Sequence record: PP434429
Source of the DNA: Escherichia phage LH01
Length of the DNA stretch: 64,000 bases
Reading direction: 5' to 3' (one strand)
Of the stretch, positions 27,989 to 36,302 are shown one piece after another. Positions within the stretch are counted from its first letter, which is position 1. Each line of letters begins with the position of its first letter. The notes below the pieces were generated by a model. That model saw nothing but the letters and a program-made list of their open reading frames with translations. It was not told where the DNA came from and did no database searches. A program made the position numbers and the translations under genes.

Positions 27989-28176
27989 TATTCTTCGACA
28001 TGCTTTTTACGACCTTTCTTATCGATAAAGGTGTATTCCATAAAGCGTCCATGATAACGACGTTCAACATCGTGAGGGGTGTTAATAGGACACTTAGTCT
28101 GACGAATTTCTTCCCATTCACGAATAATAACTGCTTTATTCTTTGGGTCATATGGGTGCGGATAGTGTACATTCAT
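27964..28176 (-). CDS. Hypothetical protein
   Basis: Start moved to MNVHYPHPYD (internal Met of track ORF 27964..28191). Confidence 0.45.
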   Translation of the reverse strand: MNVHYPHPYDPKNKAVIIREWEEIRQTKCPINTPHDVERRYHGRFMEYTFIDKKGRKKHVEEYCMQVTWL

Positions 28177-28670
28177 AACAATGGTTCCCAATCAACAATC
28201 ACAATTTCTAGTTTAGTGGAATACGTATCCAGAATCTCTTCGATAATATCCCAGTTTCCACCGCCTATACCTGCACCAATTCTTGGCATGTAAATCACAG
28301 GCTTTGTTATCTTATTCTTTCCGAATTCATTTAATTCTATTATACAATTCATTAAAGCAGAGTACTCAAAATTAGGTCCCGGCTCAAACTGCGTATAAAG
28401 ATTAAAGCAATAAGCTTTATGGGTCTTAAAATATTTTTCATAAACCGAATAAGTCCCGAGTTTAGACTCGTCTCCGAATTCGGTTTGAAGTTTATCGGCT
28501 TCCAGAATTTTTGGATAAGCCTTTGCTAATTGTCCTGCCACACCGGCGCCCATTGTATGAAAACAATTACACCCATGAGCAATATTATTACCTTTAGAAA
28601 ACAGGGCGACAATATCGCCCTTGATATAGTTTTTAATCACTTGCTGCAAGTCCTCTAGTATAAGAGTCAA
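28173..28670 (-). CDS. Macro-domain-like protein (putative ADP-ribose binding/processing)
   Basis: 165 aa; GNNIAHGCNCFHTMGAGVAGQLAKA resembles the macro-domain N-terminal Gly-rich motif and PRIGAGIGGGNW the C-terminal diphosphate-binding loop. Assigned from motifs only. Confidence 0.5.
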   Translation of the reverse strand: MTLILEDLQQVIKNYIKGDIVALFSKGNNIAHGCNCFHTMGAGVAGQLAKAYPKILEADKLQTEFGDESKLGTYSVYEKYFKTHKAYCFNLYTQFEPGPNFEYSALMNCIIELNEFGKNKITKPVIYMPRIGAGIGGGNWDIIEEILDTYSTKLEIVIVDWEPLL

Positions 28671-28980
28671 CTAGGCGGTCCACCATAGAATTGCATGCTG
28701 CCTTATCTTTAGGTTCCGCCACCGAGCATTCTAATATTTGCCATTTTTTATAGTATCTTTTAATTAAGGTAGACGCCTTGAACCTACTAGACGCCCCATC
28801 TTTTTCTCCGTCTTTATACGCATATAACAATTTTTGTGAAAAATCTACTTTACACTCTTGACTTTTACCACAATAATCAGACGCCGTTCTGTTTGTATAC
28901 TCCGTTACATCAGTATATGTAGTATTAGCAAGAGCGTTAAATGAAACCAAGCCAACTATTAAAGCTAACATTTTGGTCAT
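28633..28980 (-). CDS. Secreted Cys-containing protein (signal peptide)
   Basis: 115 aa; N-terminus MTKMLALIVGLVSFNALA; four cysteines; directly downstream of the secreted transglycosylase gene. Confidence 0.5.
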   Translation of the reverse strand: MTKMLALIVGLVSFNALANTTYTDVTEYTNRTASDYCGKSQECKVDFSQKLLYAYKDGEKDGASSRFKASTLIKRYYKKWQILECSVAEPKDKAACNSMVDRLVDSYTRGLAASD

Positions 28981-29519
28981 TCTTTTATTTCCAGTAGTTT
29001 ATTTGATTTAAGGTAATTAGCCTTTTCTAGGACTTCAGAAGCATATTTACTTCCAGCACCTGTCTTCCATCCCGCATTATATGAGGATACAGCTTTTCTT
29101 ATATCCCCGTTATGTATATTTAACCAATAAGAAAATTCGATATAAGCCCATCTGGCTGAATTAGACCGCTTAGATAGCATTTTCTTAATTTGGGCATCAG
29201 TCATATTATAACCAAGCTGGTTAATTCTTGCCCTCATTGTCGGTAGATAATTTTGGAACATTCCATACGCATGGTGACCTTTCTTATCTTTAAGATTAAT
29301 ACCGGCAGATGATTCCTGCCATAGTATTGCGGCCATTATGTATCCAAGTCCTTTCTTATGCATATTTTCATGCGTTTTAAATTTTCCATCCTTAGAAAAC
29401 TGTTCCCCAAACTGATAAGCATAATTCAAGTTATCGAGTTGGACATTACTAAAAGTATGCTCGGAGCTATGTGCTGATAACGAAAGAGCAAATAGACCAG
29501 CGAGTAGTGCTTTTCTCAT
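28977..29519 (-). CDS. Secreted lytic transglycosylase (SLT-domain) protein
   Basis: 180 aa; signal peptide MRKALLAGLFALSLSAHS; SLT motifs WQESSAG (catalytic Glu-Ser), YGMFQ and YNAGW present. Confidence 0.6.
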   Translation of the reverse strand: MRKALLAGLFALSLSAHSSEHTFSNVQLDNLNYAYQFGEQFSKDGKFKTHENMHKKGLGYIMAAILWQESSAGINLKDKKGHHAYGMFQNYLPTMRARINQLGYNMTDAQIKKMLSKRSNSARWAYIEFSYWLNIHNGDIRKAVSSYNAGWKTGAGSKYASEVLEKANYLKSNKLLEIKE

Positions 29520-29527
29520 GTTTACCT

Positions 29528-29986
29528 CTAGATTTTAATCACTGCTTTAGAAGCTTTTCCTGGTAGCCGTTTACTGTTAATAATAGCCATTCTGCATTGA
29601 AGAGTCTTCATTTTGAATGCTGGATTTTCGCGACAAACTGTAAGTCCTAACCAAAGATTTCCATCAGTTATTTCTAAACGGCCTGGGCGATATTCGACAC
29701 CTTCGACAAAATCTTCATCAACATCTGGACGTGCCGGCATTGATAAAAATTCTGCAACTTCTTTAACATGATTTTTTACTTTATGAAATAATTCAAAAAC
29801 GTAATTCTCATCTATTTCTCTCTGGATGGCACGATCTAAGAGATGTTGAGAATACTTGATATGAAAGCCTGGTAGTCCAAGAGACTTTGCAGCATCTTTT
29901 ATACCGGCATTTATTTTGCGGAACTCCGTTTCAAAGATTCGACGGAGTTTATTACGGCGGATAAAAACTTCCGAATTGATAGTCAT
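29528..29986 (-). CDS. regB: Endoribonuclease RegB
   Basis: Start at MTINSEVFIRRNKLRR; near-identical to T4 RegB through ...GRLEITDGNLWLG.TVC...LQCRMAIINS.RLPGKASKAVIK. Confidence 0.85.
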   Translation of the reverse strand: MTINSEVFIRRNKLRRIFETEFRKINAGIKDAAKSLGLPGFHIKYSQHLLDRAIQREIDENYVFELFHKVKNHVKEVAEFLSMPARPDVDEDFVEGVEYRPGRLEITDGNLWLGLTVCRENPAFKMKTLQCRMAIINSKRLPGKASKAVIKI

Positions 29987-30002
29987 TTTGATTTCTCCTC
30001 TA

Positions 30003-30045
30003 GTTGACAAGTCTATAGTAACACAACTAGAGGAGAAGTAAACTA
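30003..30045 (-). promoter_or_regulatory. Early-promoter-like cassette (GTTTAC...TATAG) upstream of regB
   Basis: Plus strand tagttgacaagtctatagtaacacaactagaggagaagtaaac; minus strand carries GTTTAC and a TATAG-type -10. Coordinates approximate. Confidence 0.4.
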
Positions 30046-30342
30046 CTCTTTGAAAGGAATTAACTTTTTAACTGCTTTAGATACTTCGTCACGAACCTGA
30101 TGGAAGTTCTTGAGCTGTTCAAGGCGTTGTTCGTAATACGCAATCTCATCTTCTTCAAGACAATCGTCAGCGTCTTCTTTCAGATATGCCTTGTACTCAT
30201 TAAAGAGGACCCATAGGCGGTTCTCAAAGTCATCAAGGCTTTGAATTTTCTTGTGCTTCGGAACAAGGCCAAAAGGATTGCTTTCAGTTATGCGTCTAGA
30301 CGCTTCATAATGAGTTCCAAAGCCTGATAGGATTTGAGCCAT
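30043..30342 (-). CDS. Hypothetical protein
   Basis: Start moved to [13 protein letters not shown] (internal Met of track ORF 30043..30384). Confidence 0.45.
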   Translation of the reverse strand: MAQILSGFGTHYEASRRITESNPFGLVPKHKKIQSLDDFENRLWVLFNEYKAYLKEDADDCLEEDEIAYYEQRLEQLKNFHQVRDEVSKAVKKLIPFKE

Positions 30343-30587
30343 TAGTATTTTTCCTCTGGTTGAAATACCGCACGACAAGCCCACATACTAGCTTCCTTTA
30401 GGCGTTCTTTAGCACAGTTCAATTGGGACAAAGCTGTCAAAGCTTCAGGAGTATTCGCAGACAACGCTTCTTCCGCCAAGGCATCGAAAATAAGCCCTAA
30501 TCGAACTTCTGCATCTTTAATAGCGTTCACTTTACCGATTTTATCATCGGTATGCGGCTTGTAGCCTTTGATGTCTTCAATCGACAT
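30342..30587 (-). CDS. Hypothetical protein
   Basis: Start moved to [15 protein letters not shown] to avoid a long overlap with the upstream gene. Confidence 0.4.
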   Translation of the reverse strand: MSIEDIKGYKPHTDDKIGKVNAIKDAEVRLGLIFDALAEEALSANTPEALTALSQLNCAKERLKEASMWACRAVFQPEEKY

Positions 30588-30801
30588 AAGGAATTTCCTC
30601 ATCGGTGGCAAGGTCATATTCGACCAATTGGATAGGCTCATTAATACCATATCCACGTACAGTGATATCAGTTGCCGGATAGTTTCCAGTAATATCACCC
30701 ATTCTAAATGCTTCAATGAATGATTGCTCGCCTGAGCAACTAAACCAGGCGGCAAAACATTTTAAAACATCTTCAGACCCTTCTATAATCAATTTAGCCA
30801 T
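30577..30801 (-). CDS. Hypothetical acidic protein
   Basis: 74-aa ORF. Confidence 0.45.
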   Translation of the reverse strand: MAKLIIEGSEDVLKCFAAWFSCSGEQSFIEAFRMGDITGNYPATDITVRGYGINEPIQLVEYDLATDEEIPYVD

Positions 30802-31163
30802 TATAGACTCTCAGTAAAGGTACGAGCGATAACGTCACGCTGCTGTTCCGGAGTCAGAGAGTTAAAGCGAACTGCATAACCGGATACACGGATGGTCAAC
30901 TGCGGATATTTTTCTGGATGCTTAACTGCATCTTCCAGAGTTTCACGACGCAGAACATTAACGTTCAGGTGTTGACCACCTTCAATTTTAACTTTAGGTT
31001 GATGTTCAATTTCAATTTCACGGGCATTCAAACCGTAGAAAATTTCCGGGTCTACAATAGCGTCTTCTTTAAAAGTCTTAGAGACAATAATCCGGGCTTG
31101 AGTACCGTCTTCAAAATAAATAGTGCCTTTATGTGCACCTTCAAGAATTTGATATGCTTTCAT
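30801..31163 (-). CDS. Autonomous glycyl-radical cofactor (GrcA/YfiD-like)
   Basis: 120 aa; C-terminal glycyl-radical fingerprint [26 protein letters not shown], as in pyruvate formate-lyase C-terminus and GrcA. Confidence 0.8.
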   Translation of the reverse strand: MKAYQILEGAHKGTIYFEDGTQARIIVSKTFKEDAIVDPEIFYGLNAREIEIEHQPKVKIEGGQHLNVNVLRRETLEDAVKHPEKYPQLTIRVSGYAVRFNSLTPEQQRDVIARTFTESL

Positions 31164-31169
31164 ATAACC

Positions 31170-31526
31170 TCAATTAGAAAATAAATTTATCCAAGTTTTT
31201 TCTTTAATCAAAAATGGGTCGGAATTAAACGCCATTAAACTTTGAGTGATTAATCCCTTAAATGGTCCATCAATAAATTCCATTTTGAAATGCGGAATAC
31301 TAGTCATCAACCGTGCATTAGGAGCAGTACAAAGAACCTGCTGCCCCGCGAACGGACCTTTAGTCAAACGGTATCGTTTAGGTTTAAAATGGTAAATCTC
31401 GTAATTTTCTACAAGAGCCCTTTTATTGCATACTGGGCTGTTATAACAATATTCAAAAACTTCAATAGTGGTCATCATTGCATTCCAATCACAAAAAATT
31501 GAGGACGAGCATTGCCGCCGATGCAA
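31170..31526 (-). CDS. Hypothetical protein
   Basis: 118-aa ORF. Confidence 0.5.
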   Translation of the reverse strand: MHRRQCSSSIFCDWNAMMTTIEVFEYCYNSPVCNKRALVENYEIYHFKPKRYRLTKGPFAGQQVLCTAPNARLMTSIPHFKMEFIDGPFKGLITQSLMAFNSDPFLIKEKTWINLFSN

Positions 31527-32014
31527 TATTTGCTTTTGCAGCAGTACTGTACTGTTTTAATATGGACATTGTAAATCTTATCCATATCAGGAGCTTTAAT
31601 AGGCTCGTCAATTATATACAGAATACGAGAAAGCGTTAATCCACGGAATTTAGAACCTTCATTGCCAATAAAACTACGAACAGAATCAGTAAATAAACGG
31701 AATCGAATATCGTCGCTAGAATAACGAGAAAATTCTTTTTCAATATTGTCAGCAGAAATTTTAGCATAAGCTGAAGTATTGGAAAGAACAATAATTGTTC
31801 CACCATCATACAGCCAATTAGCAGCAAAGTTAGTCACAGCAATTGATTTACCTGATTGTCGGCCGCCGTCTAAACGAAGTGTACAGTACTGCTTGAGTAC
31901 GTCTTCAAACGGTGGGATATAACCGTTCTTACAAATTTCTTCTACTCTAGCATCAGAATGGTGTGTAAAAGCATTCATCAGGGATAGATAAGGTCCAGTT
32001 AAAAATGTTCTCAT
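31475..32014 (-). CDS. Hypothetical protein with P-loop-like GGRQSGKS
   Basis: 179 aa; LRLDGGRQSGKSIAVTNF resembles a Walker A motif; preceded by a ~170-nt GC-rich leader. Confidence 0.5.
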   Translation of the reverse strand: MRTFLTGPYLSLMNAFTHHSDARVEEICKNGYIPPFEDVLKQYCTLRLDGGRQSGKSIAVTNFAANWLYDGGTIIVLSNTSAYAKISADNIEKEFSRYSSDDIRFRLFTDSVRSFIGNEGSKFRGLTLSRILYIIDEPIKAPDMDKIYNVHIKTVQYCCKSKYCIGGNARPQFFVIGMQ

Positions 32015-32186
32015 TTAGTTTCTCTTAAGGTTGGGGCCATTCCATGGCACATGTTAGGTCCTTCGACTCGCTATGTAAACCCATTACCGCATTGCGCTCG
32101 ACCTTATTACAGGTTGGAAAAGGTACATCACTCAGAGGACTCGACGTTCATAAGGAGAGGTTGCATTTCCCTTTATTAGGCAAGAA
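32015..32186 (-). other. GC-rich, probably structured leader or small RNA with three GTCGAG-type repeats
   Basis: About 170 nt without an ORF, visibly more GC-rich than its surroundings; a TATAAT on the minus strand overlaps the stop codon of the upstream gene. Confidence 0.3.
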
Positions 32187-32516
32187 TTATACTCTAGGCT
32201 TTTGAGCTTGTTTGGTATTGGATTCCCATGTGGCTTTGGTAATTTTGTTAGCGGCATAACCAAAGGCATTAGATAGAACACCTTTAGAGTTGAATACATC
32301 CAATCCAATAAGTACACCGGCTGTGTTAAATTTAGGAGCAAAGTACGCATTAGTTTTAGAAAGAGCTTTTTTCAATTCAGGGTCTTGAACCAAGCCATCA
32401 AAAACGCCTTTACTATTTACTTTATATGTTACTTTGGGATTTTTACCTTCTTCGATAGCAGCTTTCTGTTCCGCAGATAATGTAACTTCAGTGATAAACT
32501 CCTGATATGTTTTCAT
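32187..32516 (-). CDS. Internal-protein-like (capsid-targeting N-terminus MKTYQEFITE)
   Basis: 109 aa; the first 10 residues match the T4 capsid targeting sequence shared by IPI/IPII/IPIII/Alt (MKTYQEFIAE); Lys-rich. Confidence 0.6.
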   Translation of the reverse strand: MKTYQEFITEVTLSAEQKAAIEEGKNPKVTYKVNSKGVFDGLVQDPELKKALSKTNAYFAPKFNTAGVLIGLDVFNSKGVLSNAFGYAANKITKATWESNTKQAQKPRV

Positions 32517-32524
32517 TTTGTTCC

Positions 32525-32938
32525 TTAGTAAATTGATTTACCATAGTATTTGTACCAAGTCGGACGTTGAGCAATTTTTTCATCTAAGCGTGCTTGACTT
32601 ATCGCAATGGACGCTTCGGACGGGACATAATTATTACGAAATTCGGCAGGGATGTCGGAAATATCCTGGACTGTCGTGTCCTTGATTTTGAAACCACGTT
32701 TCAAACATTCAGCGATTAGCTCGATTTGACGTAAACGTAAAAATTCGAGTTTGTCGTAAAAGAATGTTACGTGACCTGTGCCTAAGATAAATGTTGGAGA
32801 GATTTTAAAATCCTTTACACGTTTACCGTTTTGAACATGTTTACGGACTGCACCAAATACGCGTGGTAATTCACGATACTCAGCCATAAGATGTTGGTCG
32901 GACAGTTCAGAAACAAGTGTTAAATTGATACGAGTCAT
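32525..32938 (-). CDS. denV: Endonuclease V (pyrimidine-dimer DNA glycosylase)
   Basis: Start at [12 protein letters not shown]; near-identical to T4 endo V ([45 protein letters not shown]...). Confidence 0.9.
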   Translation of the reverse strand: MTRINLTLVSELSDQHLMAEYRELPRVFGAVRKHVQNGKRVKDFKISPTFILGTGHVTFFYDKLEFLRLRQIELIAECLKRGFKIKDTTVQDISDIPAEFRNNYVPSEASIAISQARLDEKIAQRPTWYKYYGKSIY

Positions 32939-32952
32939 AATTTCCTCCAAGT

Positions 32953-32996
32953 AGTTGATGAATGTATAGTATCAAAACCCTTGGAGGAAGTAAACA
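32953..32996 (-). promoter_or_regulatory. Early-promoter-like cassette upstream of denV
   Basis: Plus strand gttgatgaatgtatagtatcaaaacccttggaggaagtaaacac; minus strand GTTTAC...TATAC-type. Coordinates approximate. Confidence 0.35.
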
Positions 32997-33293
32997 CTAT
33001 TTTTCTGAAGCGCCTGAAATATATTTTTCAAGACGTTGTTTCATCAGCGAGCCGTTCTTAGCGATTTCTTCTGGTTTATCGCACATACGCAACAAGGCTT
33101 CAAGCTTAGCGATATCGCTGGTACGTTCAAATTTGCGAGTATCTATCTTACTAGCAAGTTCAGAAATACGTGCTAATAGACTTTCAGCTTCAACCAAAGC
33201 TGCACCTAGCTTAGTTGCAAATGTGTCAGTAGCTTCGTTAAGAATAGATTCTGATAAAAATTCACTATATGTTTTCATATATACGCTTTCCAA
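32997..33293 (-). CDS. Internal-protein-like (N-terminus [10 protein letters not shown])
   Basis: 98 aa; capsid-targeting-sequence-like N-terminus; helical charged body. Confidence 0.55.
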   Translation of the reverse strand: MESVYMKTYSEFLSESILNEATDTFATKLGAALVEAESLLARISELASKIDTRKFERTSDIAKLEALLRMCDKPEEIAKNGSLMKQRLEKYISGASEK

Positions 33294-33763
33294 GTTCCTG
33301 TTTTAAATGTTGAGATTACGCGTTTCGCGCGATTAGGTGTCTGACGATACCATTTAGATTGAGCTAGATTTACTGCCGCTTCATCCCAACGTTTCTGTTT
33401 AAGCATACGAAGAGAATTAGTAAAACCGGCGACTCCTGCTACACCCATTTGGAAGACCATATTGACCAATGCACACCGACGAACTGCATCTAAAGAATCA
33501 TATACCGGTTTAAGTTTAGCATTACCCAAGATTCCGCGGACAGCTTTATCAACGTCTTCATTAAATAGCTTTTCAGCCTCATCAAGGGTAATTGTACCGT
33601 TGCATTTACGACCGATCATTCTGTCAAGTTCAGCTTTAGCTACGGCTAAAGACGGGTTCTTTGTTACTAAATGGCCTATGCCAATCGTCCAAAAGCCTTC
33701 AGTGTCTTTGTATAAAGTCAGTCTAAGACCTTCGTCATTACGAAGCATTTCAAATATATTCAT
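33275..33763 (-). CDS. e: Endolysin (T4 lysozyme, gene e)
   Basis: Start at [33 protein letters not shown]; near-identical to T4 lysozyme, including catalytic Glu11/Asp20/Thr26 positions. Confidence 0.9.
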   Translation of the reverse strand: MNIFEMLRNDEGLRLTLYKDTEGFWTIGIGHLVTKNPSLAVAKAELDRMIGRKCNGTITLDEAEKLFNEDVDKAVRGILGNAKLKPVYDSLDAVRRCALVNMVFQMGVAGVAGFTNSLRMLKQKRWDEAAVNLAQSKWYRQTPNRAKRVISTFKTGTWKAYI

Positions 33764-33797
33764 AATACCTCCCACGTTTATAGGAGGTATTTATTAC

Positions 33798-34256
33798 TTA
33801 TAGGAGGGTAGTGAGCACCTTATATAATGATTTGCCCATTACATATTCCCATTGAGAAGGTTTAATTAAAGCGAATGCATCAAATTCAGGAATCTGTCGT
33901 CCGTCTGGGAATGTATGATAGGAATTGCAAACACTGTTTCTGAATTGCTCGTGCTCTACAGGGATGGTATATAGGAACAGATGAATATTCTTATTGTCTG
34001 AGTAATTATGTTCACCTAGGTCTTTCAGGAAGGCAGGGTCATATTGTGTAAACCCAGTTTCTTCTTCGCATTCACGAATAGCGGCTTCAATAGGAGATTC
34101 ACCAGGTTCGACACGGCCTTTAGGAATATCCCACCGATGAGCTAATGCACCTTTAGGACGAGAACCAGTTACACGACCCATGAATAATTCTTTATCTTTT
34201 GTCATGAAGATAATACCGGCTGATAGTTCTTTCACTTTATTTTTCTTACTCATCAT
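33798..34256 (-). CDS. nudE: Nudix hydrolase (NudE-like)
   Basis: 152 aa; Nudix box GRVEPGESPIEAAIRECEEETG; adjacent to e as in T4. Confidence 0.8.
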   Translation of the reverse strand: MMSKKNKVKELSAGIIFMTKDKELFMGRVTGSRPKGALAHRWDIPKGRVEPGESPIEAAIRECEEETGFTQYDPAFLKDLGEHNYSDNKNIHLFLYTIPVEHEQFRNSVCNSYHTFPDGRQIPEFDAFALIKPSQWEYVMGKSLYKVLTTLL

Positions 34257-34497
34257 CTCGGTCCCATGATTTGGCCATTAATTCGGACATAAATTCTTCA
34301 ATACGCGTTTCTTTAGATGGACTTTCACTATTAGAGACCGCAAGTTTGTAATCTGCAATAGGACTGAACAAATCAAGGTCCATATTAAGATCGTCTTTGA
34401 TTTTTTCTTCTGACACATCTTTATCATATGTGTACAGATAACTATCACATGATTCTGATTTAATGTAAATTGCTATACTCATCTCAAATTCCTGCAT
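34246..34497 (-). CDS. Hypothetical acidic protein
   Basis: 83-aa ORF; the true start may be the second Met (MSIAIY...). Confidence 0.45.
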   Translation of the reverse strand: MQEFEMSIAIYIKSESCDSYLYTYDKDVSEEKIKDDLNMDLDLFSPIADYKLAVSNSESPSKETRIEEFMSELMAKSWDRDDE

Positions 34498-34970
34498 TCG
34501 GTAATAAAACGTTCAACTTCATTATTCTTGGCCTTTATCTTGTCTTTACGTTCCTGTAAACTACTTTTAACAAGATTAATAATGATGCCTATAGTACCTC
34601 CACCAATAATACCACCAATAATACTTACGATAGTAGATGCTAATAAGATAGCGATAATATCTGGTATGGCAAAGGCACTTACTTTAGTACTAAAAAACCA
34701 TACCGACGGTACAAATATAATCCATCCTGTTATCCATTGGCACTTATTGAAAAACTTTTCAAGCTCAGCTTGAGTTGTTCGTATTACTTCATCGATAGGT
34801 TGATATCCATTAATGTATCTGTTCACGATAATACCTGCTGGCTGGTCGATTTTAAATTCTTGGCAAATACGTTTCACTAAGTAGGATGGACATCCTGTCC
34901 AATCCACTGAATAGTACGAAATACCTTCATTGCCGTCGTCAATATTAGACCAATATGTTTTGTTAATCAT
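34479..34970 (-). CDS. Membrane protein, C-terminal ERFITECR motif
   Basis: 163 aa; transmembrane segments ITGWIIFVPSVWFF and IIAILLASTIVSIIGGIIGGGTIGIIINL; shares a C-terminal F-I-x-E-C-R motif with four other genes. Confidence 0.5.
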   Translation of the reverse strand: MINKTYWSNIDDGNEGISYYSVDWTGCPSYLVKRICQEFKIDQPAGIIVNRYINGYQPIDEVIRTTQAELEKFFNKCQWITGWIIFVPSVWFFSTKVSAFAIPDIIAILLASTIVSIIGGIIGGGTIGIIINLVKSSLQERKDKIKAKNNEVERFITECRNLR

Positions 34971-35656
34971 TACCAGCCTTCCATAGGGAATTCCAGATAA
35001 ACTTGAGCATTGACACGAATTTCATTGGTAATCTTTTTAACTCGGTCTGTATTACGAGATACACGTCCGAACCAACGCCATCCATTACTAATTGCACGAG
35101 AACCAGTGTGCCATGTTTGCCAATCAAACTGAAGAAGAGTACGATCTGGAGCTTCCCATTTCTCTAGTTCACCTTTTTCAATTTTTTCGAGGACTTCTTT
35201 GTGCCACTGGCGATAGATAAGTTCGCCATCAGGAATCTGACTGAACTCTGCAGTTCCTGTTGCAAAATGAGTAGGACACACATCAGCGTTAACAAGACCA
35301 AGAATATGTTCAGACAAATAGCGAGGATTGTCATAGTCAGGTTGTCCTGCAGTAATAAAATGTTGACCAACCGGAATATCCGGGCGTGGTACGTCATCAT
35401 GGTGATAACCAGGAATAGCAGGATACCAACCAGGCATCAGCATATGGACACGTGAATCAAATACTACATCCGAGTCTTTCCAATCGTCAGGGAGATTTTG
35501 GATAAAGCTACGAGTAATTGGACCGCCGTTATCAAAAGCAAAATTCAAATCGCAATTAAAGAACATAGGCTCGTTTTTAATCTGGTCATTTTTAATCGCA
35601 TGAGCAAAACCACCTACTGCACGAGCTTGACTATTAAACACTTTAGAACTATTCAT
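34970..35656 (-). CDS. Hypothetical 228-aa protein (Trp/His-rich)
   Basis: ORF with good RBS (GAGGAAAA); no recognised motif. Confidence 0.55.
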   Translation of the reverse strand: MNSSKVFNSQARAVGGFAHAIKNDQIKNEPMFFNCDLNFAFDNGGPITRSFIQNLPDDWKDSDVVFDSRVHMLMPGWYPAIPGYHHDDVPRPDIPVGQHFITAGQPDYDNPRYLSEHILGLVNADVCPTHFATGTAEFSQIPDGELIYRQWHKEVLEKIEKGELEKWEAPDRTLLQFDWQTWHTGSRAISNGWRWFGRVSRNTDRVKKITNEIRVNAQVYLEFPMEGW

Positions 35657-35657
35657 A

Positions 35658-35963
35658 TTATTTTCCTCGACATTCTTTAATGAAATTTTCTAGATTGGTA
35701 GATTCAATAGCTTTTTTACGAGCTTCTGCGTGTTCTTCTTCAGACAATTTACATTTATAATTGACCCAGACGTTATGGTCGAAACTAGTCGTGGCATATA
35801 ATAACAATGCTCCAACGAATAGCAAAAACGGCGATAAGAATACAAAACCAGGAACACCATCCATGCTGTAAGCCTTTTGTAATACTGCAACAGAAAGAGC
35901 TGCGTAAAAAAGTGATACAAATATTGTTAAAAGACCAATTCGGTTGGTTTCGCCTAATTTCAT
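35658..35963 (-). CDS. Small membrane protein, C-terminal ENFIKECR motif
   Basis: 101 aa; two hydrophobic helices; C-terminus ...LENFIKECRGK. Confidence 0.5.
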   Translation of the reverse strand: MKLGETNRIGLLTIFVSLFYAALSVAVLQKAYSMDGVPGFVFLSPFLLFVGALLLYATTSFDHNVWVNYKCKLSEEEHAEARKKAIESTNLENFIKECRGK

Positions 35964-35984
35964 AATATTCTCCTCATGTTTTAA

Positions 35985-36025
35985 TAGGACTACTATAACA
36001 TAGTCCTATCAGTTTGTACACTTAT
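35985..36025 (-). promoter_or_regulatory. Early-promoter-like palindromic cassette (ATAGGACTA...TAGTCCTAT around TATAGT)
   Basis: Plus strand taggactactataacatagtcctatcagtttgtacac; same family as 25903, 37548, 44222 and 44548. Coordinates approximate. Confidence 0.4.
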
Positions 36026-36240
36026 TTTGACATTTCTTCGATGTCACGACGATACCCATCACGAACTTCACGAAGAGCTTCAAGGCCACACATAGGCTCG
36101 ATACCAGTAATGTGAACTTGATTAATCTGATACTCTACATCTTCTAACTGAGCGAAAACATAACGACGTTCTGCTGCACAACCAGGTTTAGCTTTACCGA
36201 AACGTTTATTCAAAGTAGTCATTTTTATATCTCCATTCAC
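36022..36240 (-). CDS. Hypothetical protein
   Basis: 72-aa ORF. Confidence 0.45.
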   Translation of the reverse strand: MNGDIKMTTLNKRFGKAKPGCAAERRYVFAQLEDVEYQINQVHITGIEPMCGLEALREVRDGYRRDIEEMSK

Positions 36241-36250
36241 TCATTTGTTT

Positions 36251-36292
36251 TGATAGGTCTATAGTATCAACAACTACAGACCTTGTAAACTG
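36251..36292 (-). promoter_or_regulatory. Early-promoter-like palindromic cassette
   Basis: Plus strand tgataggtctatagtatcaacaactacagaccttgtaaac; minus strand GTTTAC...TATAGA. Coordinates approximate. Confidence 0.4.
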
Positions 36293-36302
36293 TTTTGTGA
36301 AA

